From Octopus vulgaris (taxonomy: Eukaryota), in assembly GCA_951406725.2 (NCBI GenBank), contig OX597819.1, forward strand, positions 66,650,001 through 66,714,000: a DNA stretch of 64,000 nucleotides, in the 5' to 3' direction. The notes beneath the pieces are model-generated. The model was not told the DNA's origin. It did not search any database and saw only the letters and a list, made by a program, of their open reading frames with translations. Made by a program: the position numbers and the translations under genes. Shown here in pieces: positions 1 through 12,026 of the stretch. Within the stretch, counting starts at the first letter, position 1; every line of letters begins with the position of its first letter.

Positions 1-89
1 GTCCCCATGTGAGATTGCAATGTGATATTTTTTAGTTTATGACTTAAGTAATTCAGTTATACAGAATTGTAACAGAAAGATAATACTGT

Positions 90-445
90 AAGGTGGTGAG
101 CTGGCAGAAACTTTAGCACGCTGGGCGAAATGCTTAGCAGTATTTCGCCTGTCTTTACGTTCTGAGTTCAAATTCCGCCGAGGTCGACTTTGCCATTCAT
201 CTTTTCGGAGGCGATTAAATAAGTATCAGTTACGCACTGGGACCGATGTAATCGACTTAATCCGTTTGTCTGTCCTTGTTTGTCTCCTCTGTGTTTAGCC
301 ACTTGTGGGTAGTAAAGAAATAGGTATTTCGTCTGTCGTTACATTCTGGGTTCAAATTCTGCCAAGGTCGACTTTGCTTTTCATCCTTTCGGGGTCGTAT
401 GCACTGGAGTCTATGGTAATCGACTAGCCTCCTTCTCCAAATAAT
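90..445 (+). mobile_element. tRNA-derived SINE family A, dimeric form
   Basis: Head AGGTGGTGAGCTGGCAGAA, B-box-like GAGTTCAAATTCC, core GTCGACTTTGCC.TTCATC.TTTCGG.G.CGAT..AATAAGTA.CAG, linker, then a second partial unit with the same core. More than a dozen copies occur in the window. Confidence 0.85.
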
Positions 446-571
446 TTTGTGTATCTTTATTCAAGTGTCTATATTTCTGAGATTACCGTTAAAGAACTGG
501 TGTTGGTGTGTGTACGACCACATAAATTACAAACACGCACACACAGAGCCACACGCGCGCACACACAGATG

Positions 572-654
<83 letters not shown>

Positions 655-1462
655 TATATGTATATATATATGACGGGTTTCTTTCAGTTTTCGTCTACCA
701 AATCCAGCCACAGAATAAGCGTTTGGTGTAGATATCGATAAAAGGAACTGAGACACAGATAAGGCGCTGCAGCATAAACGTAAGCGGATTTGAAACCTGT
801 AAAATAATTAAACAAAATGGTTCTTGATTTTAAACAATATGGAATTCTTATACACATATATACGTGTGTGTGTATGTGTGTAAGTATGTGGACAAAGGTT
901 GGCTCTCCGACGTTTTCCTCAATCTATTCCCATATGTTGTACATATTTGAACAGTAAATCCACCATTTTGAAAACAGTGCCATGGGTTCTTTTATAGCAT
1001 TTCTTTACATTTTGGATATATTAGGATTGAATTTTATTTCCATTACATTCATTTCAAAATTATAATTGGTCTCCAATTGATTTGTCTCTCCTCCTTTTAC
1101 CGTTGAACATTTTATTGTTTCATATATACTGTCTACGTGTATATTTCTGTCCATTATATTTATAACATTATATTACTCGTAAATACCAGATTGTTATACA
1201 TTAATATAGTTCAGTGAATATTAGCTAGAATTCTGTTTTACAAATCCATTTAATATTAGTGTATATTTTCCGACTGTATTTTTCAATACTTTCTCTCGTA
1301 ATGTCTATTTCTGCCTGATCAATCACATCTCTCGCTAGAACTGTTCAATACAAAACATCTCAAATCAGTGCAATTTATTGCTATTTTATTCAAATATATG
1401 AACAATTAATACATAAATACAGCCATCCCTATACATGCACACACACACACACACACATACAC

Positions 1463-1511
<49 letters not shown>

Positions 1512-2144
1512 AGCATTTATCTATCTAGGTTCTATCTATCTATCTCTCTGTCTATCTATCTATCTATATATATAACATTCATTTGGCTTGACAGTTCCCA
1601 CTTTCCTTGACTTTGCCTCTAATATCAAAGTATCAGAGAAAGGTTAATATTCGATATATTACGGTCATGGTAAATATATTATTGCGTGAGAATGGTTAAG
1701 GAATTTGGTTCGTCATCCTGTATTCCTCAGTGTATGACATTTCATGGCATCTTCTGCAAGCATGTTAACTCGACTCGCGATTTGCTTATTGAACATTCAG
1801 CCATTTTGCACGTTACGATCATGATGTTAAGCATGGTCATTACTATCGTCAATGTGGTCACAGTTGCCATCATCATCATCATCATCATCATCATTGTCGT
1901 CGTCGTCGCCGTCGCCACTATCATCATCACCACCACCTCTACCACTACCACCATCGTTATCATCATCATCATCATTATTCCCATCATCACTACTAATACC
2001 GCCGACACTACCATCATCATCATCATCATCATCATCATGTCTCTGGTCATGTCAATCACAGGAATAATTTGAGATTTCATGGTTTGTAAGCGACCGACAT
2101 TACAACATTGCCCCTGTCGCAGAGTTTGTCATTCAGATCATTTA

Positions 2145-2250
2145 CTGGAGTAAGGTAGAATGAAATGTCTTGCATCATAACACAACGCACCACACGGTGT
2201 TGGAATCGAAGCTTCTTGACGTCTTAGGTACAACACTCTAACCAACTGAA
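2145..2250 (-). mobile_element. Degenerate SINE fragment (tRNA head plus CORE-like segment)
   Basis: Minus strand reads tcagttggttagagtgttg...ttcgattcc...gcgttgtgttatgatgcaagacatttca, resembling A/B boxes followed by a CORE-like GCAAGACA. A similar fragment lies near 6990-7080. Confidence 0.4.
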
Positions 2251-2855
2251 TTATTAAATCATACAAATGGTTTAACAGCAAGTCGTTTTAAGGACACAAT
2301 CGACGAAAGAGCCCATCATTCAACCATCCATTTGTTGGAATGCTTTGTTTATGATAATGCTCGACGGTATTTTAACATTAAAACCTCTGCAAGAACGATA
2401 AAGCTTCTTAGTTTTCTGTGTGTATTCTCATCTTTCTACGCGCCTTACGATGTTAATTCTCGGTAAATTACTTACATATTAAAGTAAAATTTTGACAAGG
2501 GCAGAAATAAAATACGGATGTATGTTGACAAATCTCGAGTTATATATATGTTTATTTTTCAAAAAATGTGTTATGGATTGTATACATCATGGTATTAATG
2601 TTTCTTTTAGACTGAGCAATATAGACAATGTCCAGTAATTCTTGTAATTTATCTCCTCATTGACTGATAACTATATTGTAATGCAGTTATCTCGCATGAT
2701 GTTGGGAAAAGTTGTTTAACGAGTTACTACAGCAAGAAAAATAAATTTTGTTGCGGTTGTTACTGGAATATCCGACTCAAAATTTGACATTTCACTTTAA
2801 ATAACATCAAAGTTAAAAGCACCGACAACGATTGGGTGTAAGTGGGATGCAAAAA

Positions 2856-2910
<55 letters not shown>

Positions 2911-2911
<1 letters not shown>

Positions 2912-3638
2912 GACCAAAGCCTCCCCACCAGAAATTACCAAAAACATGTAATGAAAAGAAATATAACAAGTAACTGCAGAATATGTGGAGATGGACAAGA
3001 AATAATAAATCATATTATCTCTGGCTGCCCAGTCCTGGTTAAGAAGGAATATATTCACAGACATGACAGAGTTGGAACCTACATACACTGGAAGCTATGC
3101 CAACATTATGGAATAACAACAGAAAAAAGATGGTATAGGCACACACCAGAAAAGGTCAAAGAAAACGAGAAAGCAACCATACGCTGGGATATGACGATAC
3201 ACACAGATAGAGAAAGTAAGGCCAACAGACCAGATATAGTTATCAGAGATCACGAAGAAAAAAAATGCTTTCTAATTGATGTATTAATACCGGCAGATGA
3301 CAACGTGTCTCTAAAAGAAATGGAGAAACTTTCAAAATACAAAGACCTGGAAATAGAGGTAACCAGAATATGGAATCTAAAAACAGAAACAATTCCTATC
3401 ATAGTAGGTGCATTAGGCATGATAAAAAAATATTCAGACAAATACATAACAAAAACACCAGGACTTACAAACACATATAACATGCAGAAAATTGCACTAC
3501 TAGGCACTGCACATATCCTACGCAGACCACTTTCCATACAATAACAATCAGAGCATCACAACAAATCACAGCACATACCCAAGGCACACAGAGCTGCGCT
3601 CGGTAGTGAAGTGAAAGCACGCTATAAAAATAAAACTA

Positions 3639-3641
<3 letters not shown>
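2911..3641 (+). mobile_element. 5'-truncated R4/Dong-type non-LTR retrotransposon inserted in (TAA)n
   Basis: Flanked by (TAA)n on both sides (2859-2910 and 3642-3715). Contains an RLE ORF and a ~100-bp 3' UTR ending directly in TAA repeats. Confidence 0.9.
2951..3544 (+). CDS. C-terminal CCHC zinc knuckle plus restriction-like (PD-D/ExK) endonuclease of a non-LTR retrotransposon
   Basis: CRICG...HIISGC, RHD, WD, NRPDIV, IDV, EKLSKY and IPIIVGALG motifs in an uninterrupted 197-aa frame. The RT is missing because of truncation. Confidence 0.88.
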   Translation: MKRNITSNCRICGDGQEIINHIISGCPVLVKKEYIHRHDRVGTYIHWKLCQHYGITTEKRWYRHTPEKVKENEKATIRWDMTIHTDRESKANRPDIVIRDHEEKKCFLIDVLIPADDNVSLKEMEKLSKYKDLEIEVTRIWNLKTETIPIIVGALGMIKKYSDKYITKTPGLTNTYNMQKIALLGTAHILRRPLSIQ

Positions 3642-3689
<48 letters not shown>

Positions 3690-3715
3690 ATAATAATAAA
3701 AATATAAATAATAAT

Positions 3716-4268
3716 GCCCTGATGCAGTACCGGGCAGTAGCTCTCGTAGCTTCTGATCTTAACTGATTTGAAGTGTTATCATGTACATTGTTTTGTCATG
3801 GTATAATATATGGGCTACAGCAAATATTCTGCTCAATACCACAGACTTGTTTGTCACCTGTTTGACCTTAGGCAGTTCAGCATGTCCCTTAGTGGCTGAC
3901 GATATGTGCATTTCGGATCACAATTAGATGTAGTTGAGGAGCATCAGAGTCATGTGTTGAGAGGGATTCTTTGGGGTTTGAATAAATCACATCTGGAAAC
4001 ATGGGTGTTTCATTCAACATCCTTAAACAACCTTTATTCAGGGACCTTTTGAGTGGGATGGGCTACTCGACCAGAAAAATGTTCTAACTGGGCCCCAACT
4101 GAAAGGTCATGTGCTGTTTATCTTGATATGAGATCACCTTGCCGTGCACACATAGTTGTGATCATGTGCCTAGTGTACATTTATCAGACAGGTAATCATG
4201 ATGGGTATACTGGGCTTCGTATATTTTACTCTAGTGTCACATTGATGGCATGCGCTTTTCCCTCACTG
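3716..4268 (+). mobile_element. Non-coding (TAA)n-targeted repeat, copy 1 (longest)
   Basis: Homologous to 9049-9523, 55337-55846 and 55894-56345. Every copy is bounded by (TAA)n, with a shared 3' end and variable 5' end. Confidence 0.8.
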
Positions 4269-4290
4269 AATGATAATAATAATAATAACG

Positions 4291-4349
<59 letters not shown>

Positions 4350-4795
4350 CATGGGAGTGTCAAAAGAAAAGATCCATGGTGAAGAAGAAGAATCCAGGCA
4401 GGGTTAGACATGCTCTCGAAGGAAATCTCTGTGTTAGACCGAAAAGAGAAAGGGGACCTTAAAAGCGAGCAAAAATACAGAGCGCTGAAAAGGAAGTATA
4501 AAATTGAAAGGAAGGGCCTGAAAGTAGTAGTGGAGGAACTGAAACAGCAGCTAAATGCAGAGAAAGCAAAGATGGTAAGATAAGACCAAACAATGAATGT
4601 TTACCATCAGAATAGTTTATTCAGTCTAGATCGGAAGAGATTCTATAAAGAAATAAATGGATATGTACACATGAAAAGTTGATACCGGATAACATTGAAA
4701 GTCAAAGGTTTTGGAGTGACATCTGGAGCAAAGACAAGGAGCACAAGAAGGATGCTGAATGGTTGCAAGAACTGAAACAAACAGTAGTCCTGGAG
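4350..4795 (+). pseudogene. Fragment of an R4/Dong-type ORF, region upstream of RT
   Basis: Translates through stops as KDPW*RRRIQ...VVEELKQQLNAEKAKMVR*...YHQNSLFSLDRKRFYKEING...FWSDIW...HKKDAEWL, typical of the pre-RT region of this clade. Follows (TAA)n. Confidence 0.7.
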
Positions 4796-4904
4796 TTGGA
4801 CTAAATGCAGCGCTCCAGCATGGCCGCAATCAAATAACTGTAACAAATGAAAGAATGAAACAAATATTGCACAAAATAGCAGATTCACATTTTACTGCGT
4901 TATA

Positions 4905-5290
4905 TATAACTCGTTTCAGTGTTTAGGCTGCGGCCATGATGGGGCATCGCCTTGAAGAATTTTGCCTGTCCGAATCGACCCCAAAATTTGTTTCTTTTTA
5001 AATTCTGGAACTTATTCTTTCGGTCTCTTTTGCTGAAACCCCTAGGTTACAGGGACTTAAACACACTGATACAAAACACAAACACACACTCACACACACT
5101 CGCACGCACACACATACACACGCACACACACATATACACATACACAGCCATACGACAGGCCTCTTTCAGCTTTTATCTTCCAGATCCTCTCACAATGCTT
5201 TGGTCGGACCAGGTCTATAGTTGAAGACACTCACCGAAGATTTCACACGCGTGACTGAACCGGGAACAATCTGGTCGGGAAGTAAACTGC
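4905..5290 (-). mobile_element. tRNA-derived SINE family B (degenerate)
   Basis: Plus-strand signature TTTCAG...CTGCGGCCATG...GGTCTCTTTTGCTGAA...(CA)n...CTATAG..GAAGACAC...GACTGAACCGGGAAC, as in the copies at 17.8, 44.6 and 50.9 kb. Confidence 0.75.
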
Positions 5291-6110
5291 ACCTATTATA
5301 AATTAATTTTAATTGAATAAAATAAATACTTTACTTCATAATCTGTACCACGTCCGAAAAACATGGCGCTGTGAATCACTCCAAACAATTATGAAAACCA
5401 GTTCGTGCATAAAATCTCGCTCTCGTATTCCTAGTAAGCATTTAATGTATTTGCTATAAAATTTAGCCGACGGTGTAATCGGTAGCTTAACTGATAAAAG
5501 AACACGTATTGTTTTAGACAACATTCATATGCTAAGATCAAATAACATTAGATTTGTCTTTGCTGGACGTCAATAAACAAAATAAAGTATTATTATCTAT
5601 TGACTCAGCATTTATACAAATTCTCTGGATATATATCTCTTGCATTGTCGTAAATAAGTTAGTAATCATAAACGTAGGACGCAGGTGTGCTGGGAGGATC
5701 TGAATAATAAGAGATTCTGAATAATGAAGTAAAGTTACAAAAGCTAACGTCGTCATAGCTATATTCTTTCTAAAACCTACAGCATTACATAGATTACAAA
5801 CAATTGTTTTACATCTTATTTTGCAGTTGGTTCGGTTATTGAACAGAGGCCATGCTGGGGATTAATCCTGAAGACTTAAGTCCTTCGTGATACATTTTAT
5901 CATTTTCTTTCTTTGCAGATGGTACTTATTTTACTGATCTCTATTATGAAATCTATTTACTGGCTTGGATTTTTAAATCTCACTCTGTCAGTTTATATAT
6001 TATGCATGCTTGTACATGACCCACGCTTAACCTTCGTCTATTCATACCACTTACTTACCGTTTACCCGATACCTTTTGGGTCATCCAGACACTAATACCT
6101 TTCATACCAT

Positions 6111-6208
<98 letters not shown>

Positions 6209-6225
6209 ATATATATATATATATA

Positions 6226-6796
6226 TACGTGGATGAGTCGAAATGTAATGCTATTTTGTTTATGACAAGTATAATTACCAACAGAAAAAACATGTATCAT
6301 ATACCAAATGAAAGCTGGTCTTCTGTGGATCACATCCTTACTTCTCACCGTAGTCACCGTTTCTCTCAATAGCAATGTTCCACCTCCGAATGAGAGCATG
6401 TATCCTGCTCCGTAAAATTCTGTTGACTGTTCTTTGAGCCACTTCTTCACTACAGTATTTCCCTTCCTTGTCACTGGAATAATTTAGCGCCTTCAGACTA
6501 TCATCTCTTCGGCCCCATGAAAGAGGGTTTGAAGGGCAAACATTATTGCAGCGACGAGGAAGTAAAAACTGCAGTGAAGAAGTGGTTCAAGGAAGAGTCA
6601 ACATTTTTTTCGGGGCAGGGATACATGCTGTCATTCGAAGGTGGAACATTGCTATTGACAGAAACAGTGACTATGCTGAGAAATAAGGATGTGATCCACA
6701 GAAGACCAGAGTCATTTTGATGTATGATACATGTTCTTGTGTTGGTAAATACACCTGTCATAAACAAAATGGCATTACTTTTTGACTCACCCTCAT
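6226..6796. mobile_element. Mariner-derived foldback element made of two inverted right ends
   Basis: About 6226-6478 is the reverse complement of about 6545-6796. The plus strand encodes NLAPSDYHLFGPMKEGLKGKHYCSDEEVKTAVKKWF (mariner YSPDLAPSD region) and a C-terminal RWNIAIDRNSDYAEK*. TA lies at both ends. Confidence 0.85.
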
Positions 6797-6947
6797 ATCT
6801 CTCCTTGTTTCTTTCTGTGTTCCTTTCTGTGGAAGAGCGTAGCCTCGAAACGTTAAAGACTTTTTCAATTCCAAAGCGTTATACTAATACATCTGTTTGT
6901 TTCCTACACCACCTGTCTTAGTCTTTTGTTTTTTTAAAATTTTCCCT
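6797..6947 (+). mobile_element. Penelope-like terminal repeat with variant minimal HHR, family S copy 1
   Basis: CTTT-CTGTGGAA-GAGCGTAGCCTC-GAAA-CGTT-AAAG, then GCGTTATACTAATACATCTG...ACACCACCTGTCTT, ending at (TA)n. Five copies in the window. Confidence 0.65.
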
Positions 6948-7578
6948 ATATATATATATATGCCTGTCACGGGGTTTACTGACTTACAGCATGGTGAACA
7001 ACAGCAATTGGAGATAAAGTGTTTCTCTTAAGAACTCACCCACGACTTGGTGCAGTAATCCAGACCACCTTCTCCCGAACGTGATTGGATCATCGTATTC
7101 AGTATCGTAATAGCTGCTGCTATTGAAACAAATAACTTACGAGCACGATTGGTTCGGTCCTAAGTCAGCATATAGACCTGCATACATTCGTTTTATATTT
7201 TTACATTTTTAAGGTAAATTATCAGGAAAAATTCACACACAGCATTCTGTATTATACTACAACGGTGTTATTTGTTCATAGAAATGAACCAAAGAATGCC
7301 AATACAAGAAATACATGGCGTGGTGAAAGAAAAAGTTGCAAAACTTACATAAAAGGTTATTGTTGTCTGGTGCTTGGCTGTGGACTTTCGATGTTACATG
7401 TTTGCTGACATCATCCGCAGACGGGTTAATTTCCAAGAAATAAAACCAATTGGATTGCAACTGGACCATTTATCATTGCTGCCGGGAGATGTTGAGCAAA
7501 TTATCGTAAAGTCAATCAGTCTTAAATTGAAGACGACCTGCATATATACACTCATACACGCATGCACACGAGCCCAGC

Positions 7579-7618
<40 letters not shown>

Positions 7619-7804
7619 TATATTATATACGAAATAATAGTTTCACCATTCCTTAGCGAAACGTTAGCACTGCGCTTTGACAATTTTTGATGTCTTGGCA
7701 TCTATATCGACTGGAGATGCGATAGTTTACCCACAATAAAAATTGAAAAAAAAAACGCATTTGGCCAAAGTTGGACATACATAATAGCAGTGATATATAT
7801 ATAG

Positions 7805-7847
<43 letters not shown>

Positions 7848-8561
7848 ATGTATGTATGTATATACGTACGTACATGCATACACATGCGTAGATGCTTAGA
7901 TAAGTTACACTATACTATTCATATAAATGTATTTAAACATAACTGAACCTACATTTTAAACTGCCGAGTCATACCTCTAATAATTCGAGCATTCATTAGC
8001 TAACAGGAAAATTATAGAATAAGCAATTATAGTATCTATTTGTGCATGCATCACAAGATCTCTTCCACAAATAACCGACGGAATTGTAACAAAAAAATAT
8101 GTTGAAATGTATACATTGTGTCCAATTAAATTATAAATTTGGATGCGTTGCTCTTTCGTCACGTGGTTCACATTCAAATTAATAGGAAAATGCAAGTGTA
8201 GGAGGTTTACTAAATTATTCACCTGGGAGAAATACATTTGCATTCATGTATTGAAGTATATGATACACACACACACACACACACACACACCTGTGTGTGA
8301 CCGTGTGTGTGCGCGCGTTCATATGCAAATATAAATACACGGACACACGCAGAAAAACGAAGAAATATATATATATATATATATGTTAGTAATATGTATA
8401 TATATATATATTCTTTTACTCTGTTACTTGTTACAGGCATTTGACTGCGGGCACATTAGAATATAAAAATATGCACATGCAGACACTCACACATACATGC
8501 ATGCATACATACATACATACATGCATACATACGTACATACATATATATATATACATATGGG

Positions 8562-8603
<42 letters not shown>

Positions 8604-8905
8604 TTATGTATACATGCATAACAGAAATGAATCTAAAGTTCTAGCCGGATATTTTATAATCAAAAGGGATGAAGCGTAGCTGCTTAAGTTGCCCAGACAT
8701 TGTTTTCCTCACCGGCCGTAAAAACCTCTCCTTACCCTCTATCCAGTTTCCAAATTTGAATTTCAGGTACAGACGTGCATAGAAAGGGAACAAAAATAGA
8801 GAATTATACATTCTTTAATTCGCATATGCACTTTTCTCATAGGCTGGCTTTTCAAAATGCTGCGATGCAGTATTCATTCATATCGATCCGATAATAATAA
8901 TAGTG

Positions 8906-8996
<91 letters not shown>

Positions 8997-8998
8997 TG

Positions 8999-9048
<50 letters not shown>

Positions 9049-9523
9049 GTACATTGTTTTGTCTTGGTATAAATGATGGGCTATAGCAAATATTCTGCTC
9101 AATACCACAGATTTGCTTGTCAGTTGTTTGACCTTAACCAGTTGACCGTGGCTGACGATATGTGCGTCTCTGATCATGAGCAGAGATGGTGGAGAATCAT
9201 AGCCCTGTTTTAAAAGGAATTCTTAGAGGTTTGGATTATTCCCCTTTTGAAACATAGGTGGTTCGTTCAACATCCTAAAAACAATCCTTATTCAGGGACC
9301 TTTTGAGCGCGATGGACTACTCGACCTGAAGAAAAGTCTAACTGGGCCCCATCTGCAAGATCATGTGCTGTTTTACTTGATATGAGATCACCATGTCGCG
9401 CACATATGGTTGTGATGCGTGTGCCTGGTGTACTCTTATCAGACGTCTAGTCATGATGGGTATACTGGGCTTAGTAAATTTTACCTCAGTGTCACTTTGA
9501 TGGCATTTACTGCTCTCTCACTC
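9049..9523 (+). mobile_element. Non-coding (TAA)n-targeted repeat, copy 2
   Basis: Colinear with about 3780-4268; flanked by (TAA)n. Confidence 0.8.
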
Positions 9524-9542
9524 GATAATGATAATAATAATA

Positions 9543-9610
<68 letters not shown>

Positions 9611-9657
9611 CGTAATAATAATAATAATAATGATAATTGTTATTATTTTTATTGTTG

Positions 9658-9704
<47 letters not shown>

Positions 9705-9751
9705 ATTATTATTATTAATATTATTATTATAGCAATTTTTGTAGTTGTTGT

Positions 9752-9965
9752 AGAGCGTCGAGCATGCAGAATTCTTAGCACACCTATGAAAATGCTTAGT
9801 GGTATTTCGTCCATCTTTACATTCTGAGTTCTCCATCCACTGAGATGGACGTTACATTACACTTTTGAGGCGGATAAATTAAATAAGGCCTCAGCACTGG
9901 TTTCAATGTAATCGGTCAGCCCCCTTTCTCAAAACCGTTGGCTTTCTGCCAAAAATTGAAACCAT
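9752..9965 (+). mobile_element. SINE family A, degenerate monomer
   Basis: GCAGAATTCTTAGCAC...GAAAATGCTTAGTGGTATTTCGTC...TTCTGAGTTC...GCACTGG...ATGTAATCG. Confidence 0.6.
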
Positions 9966-10654
9966 AAATATAATTTAATTTCTTTTAAGATATCGCACTC
10001 CGATAACTTAATAATCACTTTTAATTGTTTTAATAAGTTTCAATTTCATTTTTTAAGTTTCCTGTTAATATTATTTCAAAAATCATTTTAGCCAATTTTT
10101 ATCTTGACATTTATACCTTTATCATAATTATATCAATATTATTCGATATCGTTAGGCTTATTTTGTAGGGGAAATAATTTGTGTGATATTGAATATCTTC
10201 TTGATAAATAATACATCGTATACTTTCCTTTAGAATTCTTACTAACTTTTCCTCCTATTCACTCATAGTTCATATTTTGATTTTATGCTGATCAAATGTC
10301 ATCTTCATTGAGATTTTATCATTAACTACTGAAAAGCTTTATTCAATATACCTCCTCTTCCTAATTGAATCAGTCAGTTATACTTTAAGCAAGTTATGAA
10401 TGGATGCCATAAATATTCTTCAAGCTGACTGGTGTGATTTAGGAAATTAAGAATTGTGTTATATTTCTGGAAAGATCTGATGAATAGAATTCCCAAGTAG
10501 CTCTGCTGAAATAATTTCCTTACATTCTATATAGGTCAAATATTGTTAGTTCTACTCCTAAATGTTCCCATTTAAACGTTCCCCATTCCAAGCTCTGAAG
10601 TAGATATAAATATACATATTTCTTTCTAACCTTTTTTCGCTTTGTCTATAATCT

Positions 10655-10742
10655 TGTCGTGCCTGATGATTGTACTAGGATACCAGATGTGTTTAAATAT
10701 ACTGCTTGGTATGCTCTCAGCGCATGAAACCAGTCGTAACAC
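10655..10742 (+). ncRNA. Degenerate type I hammerhead ribozyme with long stem II
   Basis: CTGATGA at 10663, stem II containing ATACCA/TGGTAT, then GAAAC-CA-GTC (10726-10735). Stem I pairing is weak. Confidence 0.5.
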
Positions 10743-11379
10743 ACATATCGTATTTGTTAAATAACATTTATCTCTAATCAGGTGGAATGCATTTTGGTTA
10801 ATATTACAGGGGCTATCCAGACTCCCGTTTGCGCCGTGAACAGGGATTAATCTTCTCTCTTCGCTCCTTTGCGCCTCATGGGTTCAATTCGCCTCCCCTC
10901 TTCATCTAACCTCCTCCCCTCTCATCTCCCCTACTTCCTCCCACCCACCTCTCCTCTCTTGCTCCGACTCCTACTTCTCTTAACTCCTACTCTCCTTCCC
11001 TCTGCTCTTTACTCCTACCCACCTTCTCCCTTCCTCTACACAATCCAAACCCACCTTTCCTATACATACCATCACACCCCACCCCATCCCTTAAACACAC
11101 TCCCATATACCCCGCCCTCAGCCTAACCCACACCTCGATCTTGCTTCCCCCACTCTCGCCTCCCCGACCTCCCAACACCACACACCACACCACACACCAC
11201 TACATCATGCACCACCATACCACACAACACAACATCACCTCACACCACCACGCACACACTAGTGCTTACCATTTCCCAGTCCCACACACCTTCACATACA
11301 CACATTCATACGTCATGGTCACCAGCCCTCTTCCACACGCACATACCCTCTTCCACACACATACATACTCTCTTATACA

Positions 11380-11670
11380 GACGCACGCACACCTTCGTTT
11401 TGAGATCATGACTACTTTATTATCTCCCCTTTTTCCTAGCTGCCCTGTGTGACCCCTATGTCCGGCATTCGCCATGATAGCTCGCTAGCCAATACATATT
11501 CTTTATTTTCTCTCCTTGTTTCTTCCTGTGTTCTTTTCTGTGGAAGAGCGTAGGCTCGAAATGTTAAATACGTCTTCACTTATCGAACATTAAAGTAATA
11601 CATCTGCTTGTTGTCTACACCACCTGTCTTCGTGATTTGTTTTTATTTTTGTGAATTCTACACGTATCTA
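11380..11670 (+). mobile_element. Penelope-like terminal repeat, family S copy 2 with upstream part
   Basis: CTGTGGAAGAGCGTAGGCTCGAAATGTT at 11538. The upstream segment ACGCACACCTTCGT...TGTGTGACCC...ATGATAG.TCG.TAGCC is shared with 39510-39630. Confidence 0.65.
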
Positions 11671-11953
11671 TATAGGTATTTAGTTACTTCATGCTTATTA
11701 ATATTTTTTCAGTTTATCACTTCCTGTGCTACGTCTTTCTTTATGCCTAAGCGTGCGCACGCGTGTATGTGTATGCATGTAATTACATTTATGTGACCAG
11801 GTGAGACACCGCATATATTTTAAATGTGTCATTAGCTAAAATGTCCTAAGATTTCTACACTTCTATCTCATTTTATTGTCATGAATATTAAACAAAGTTC
11901 CGTCTCCAATATTAACAAAAATGTACACAAACACACACATACATTTATTATAT

Positions 11954-12026
<73 letters not shown>

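Noticed and set aside
3890-4010. CTGACGA inside the TAA-targeted element
   Set aside because: I could not build stems I-III with a suitably placed GAAA...UH in any of the four copies.
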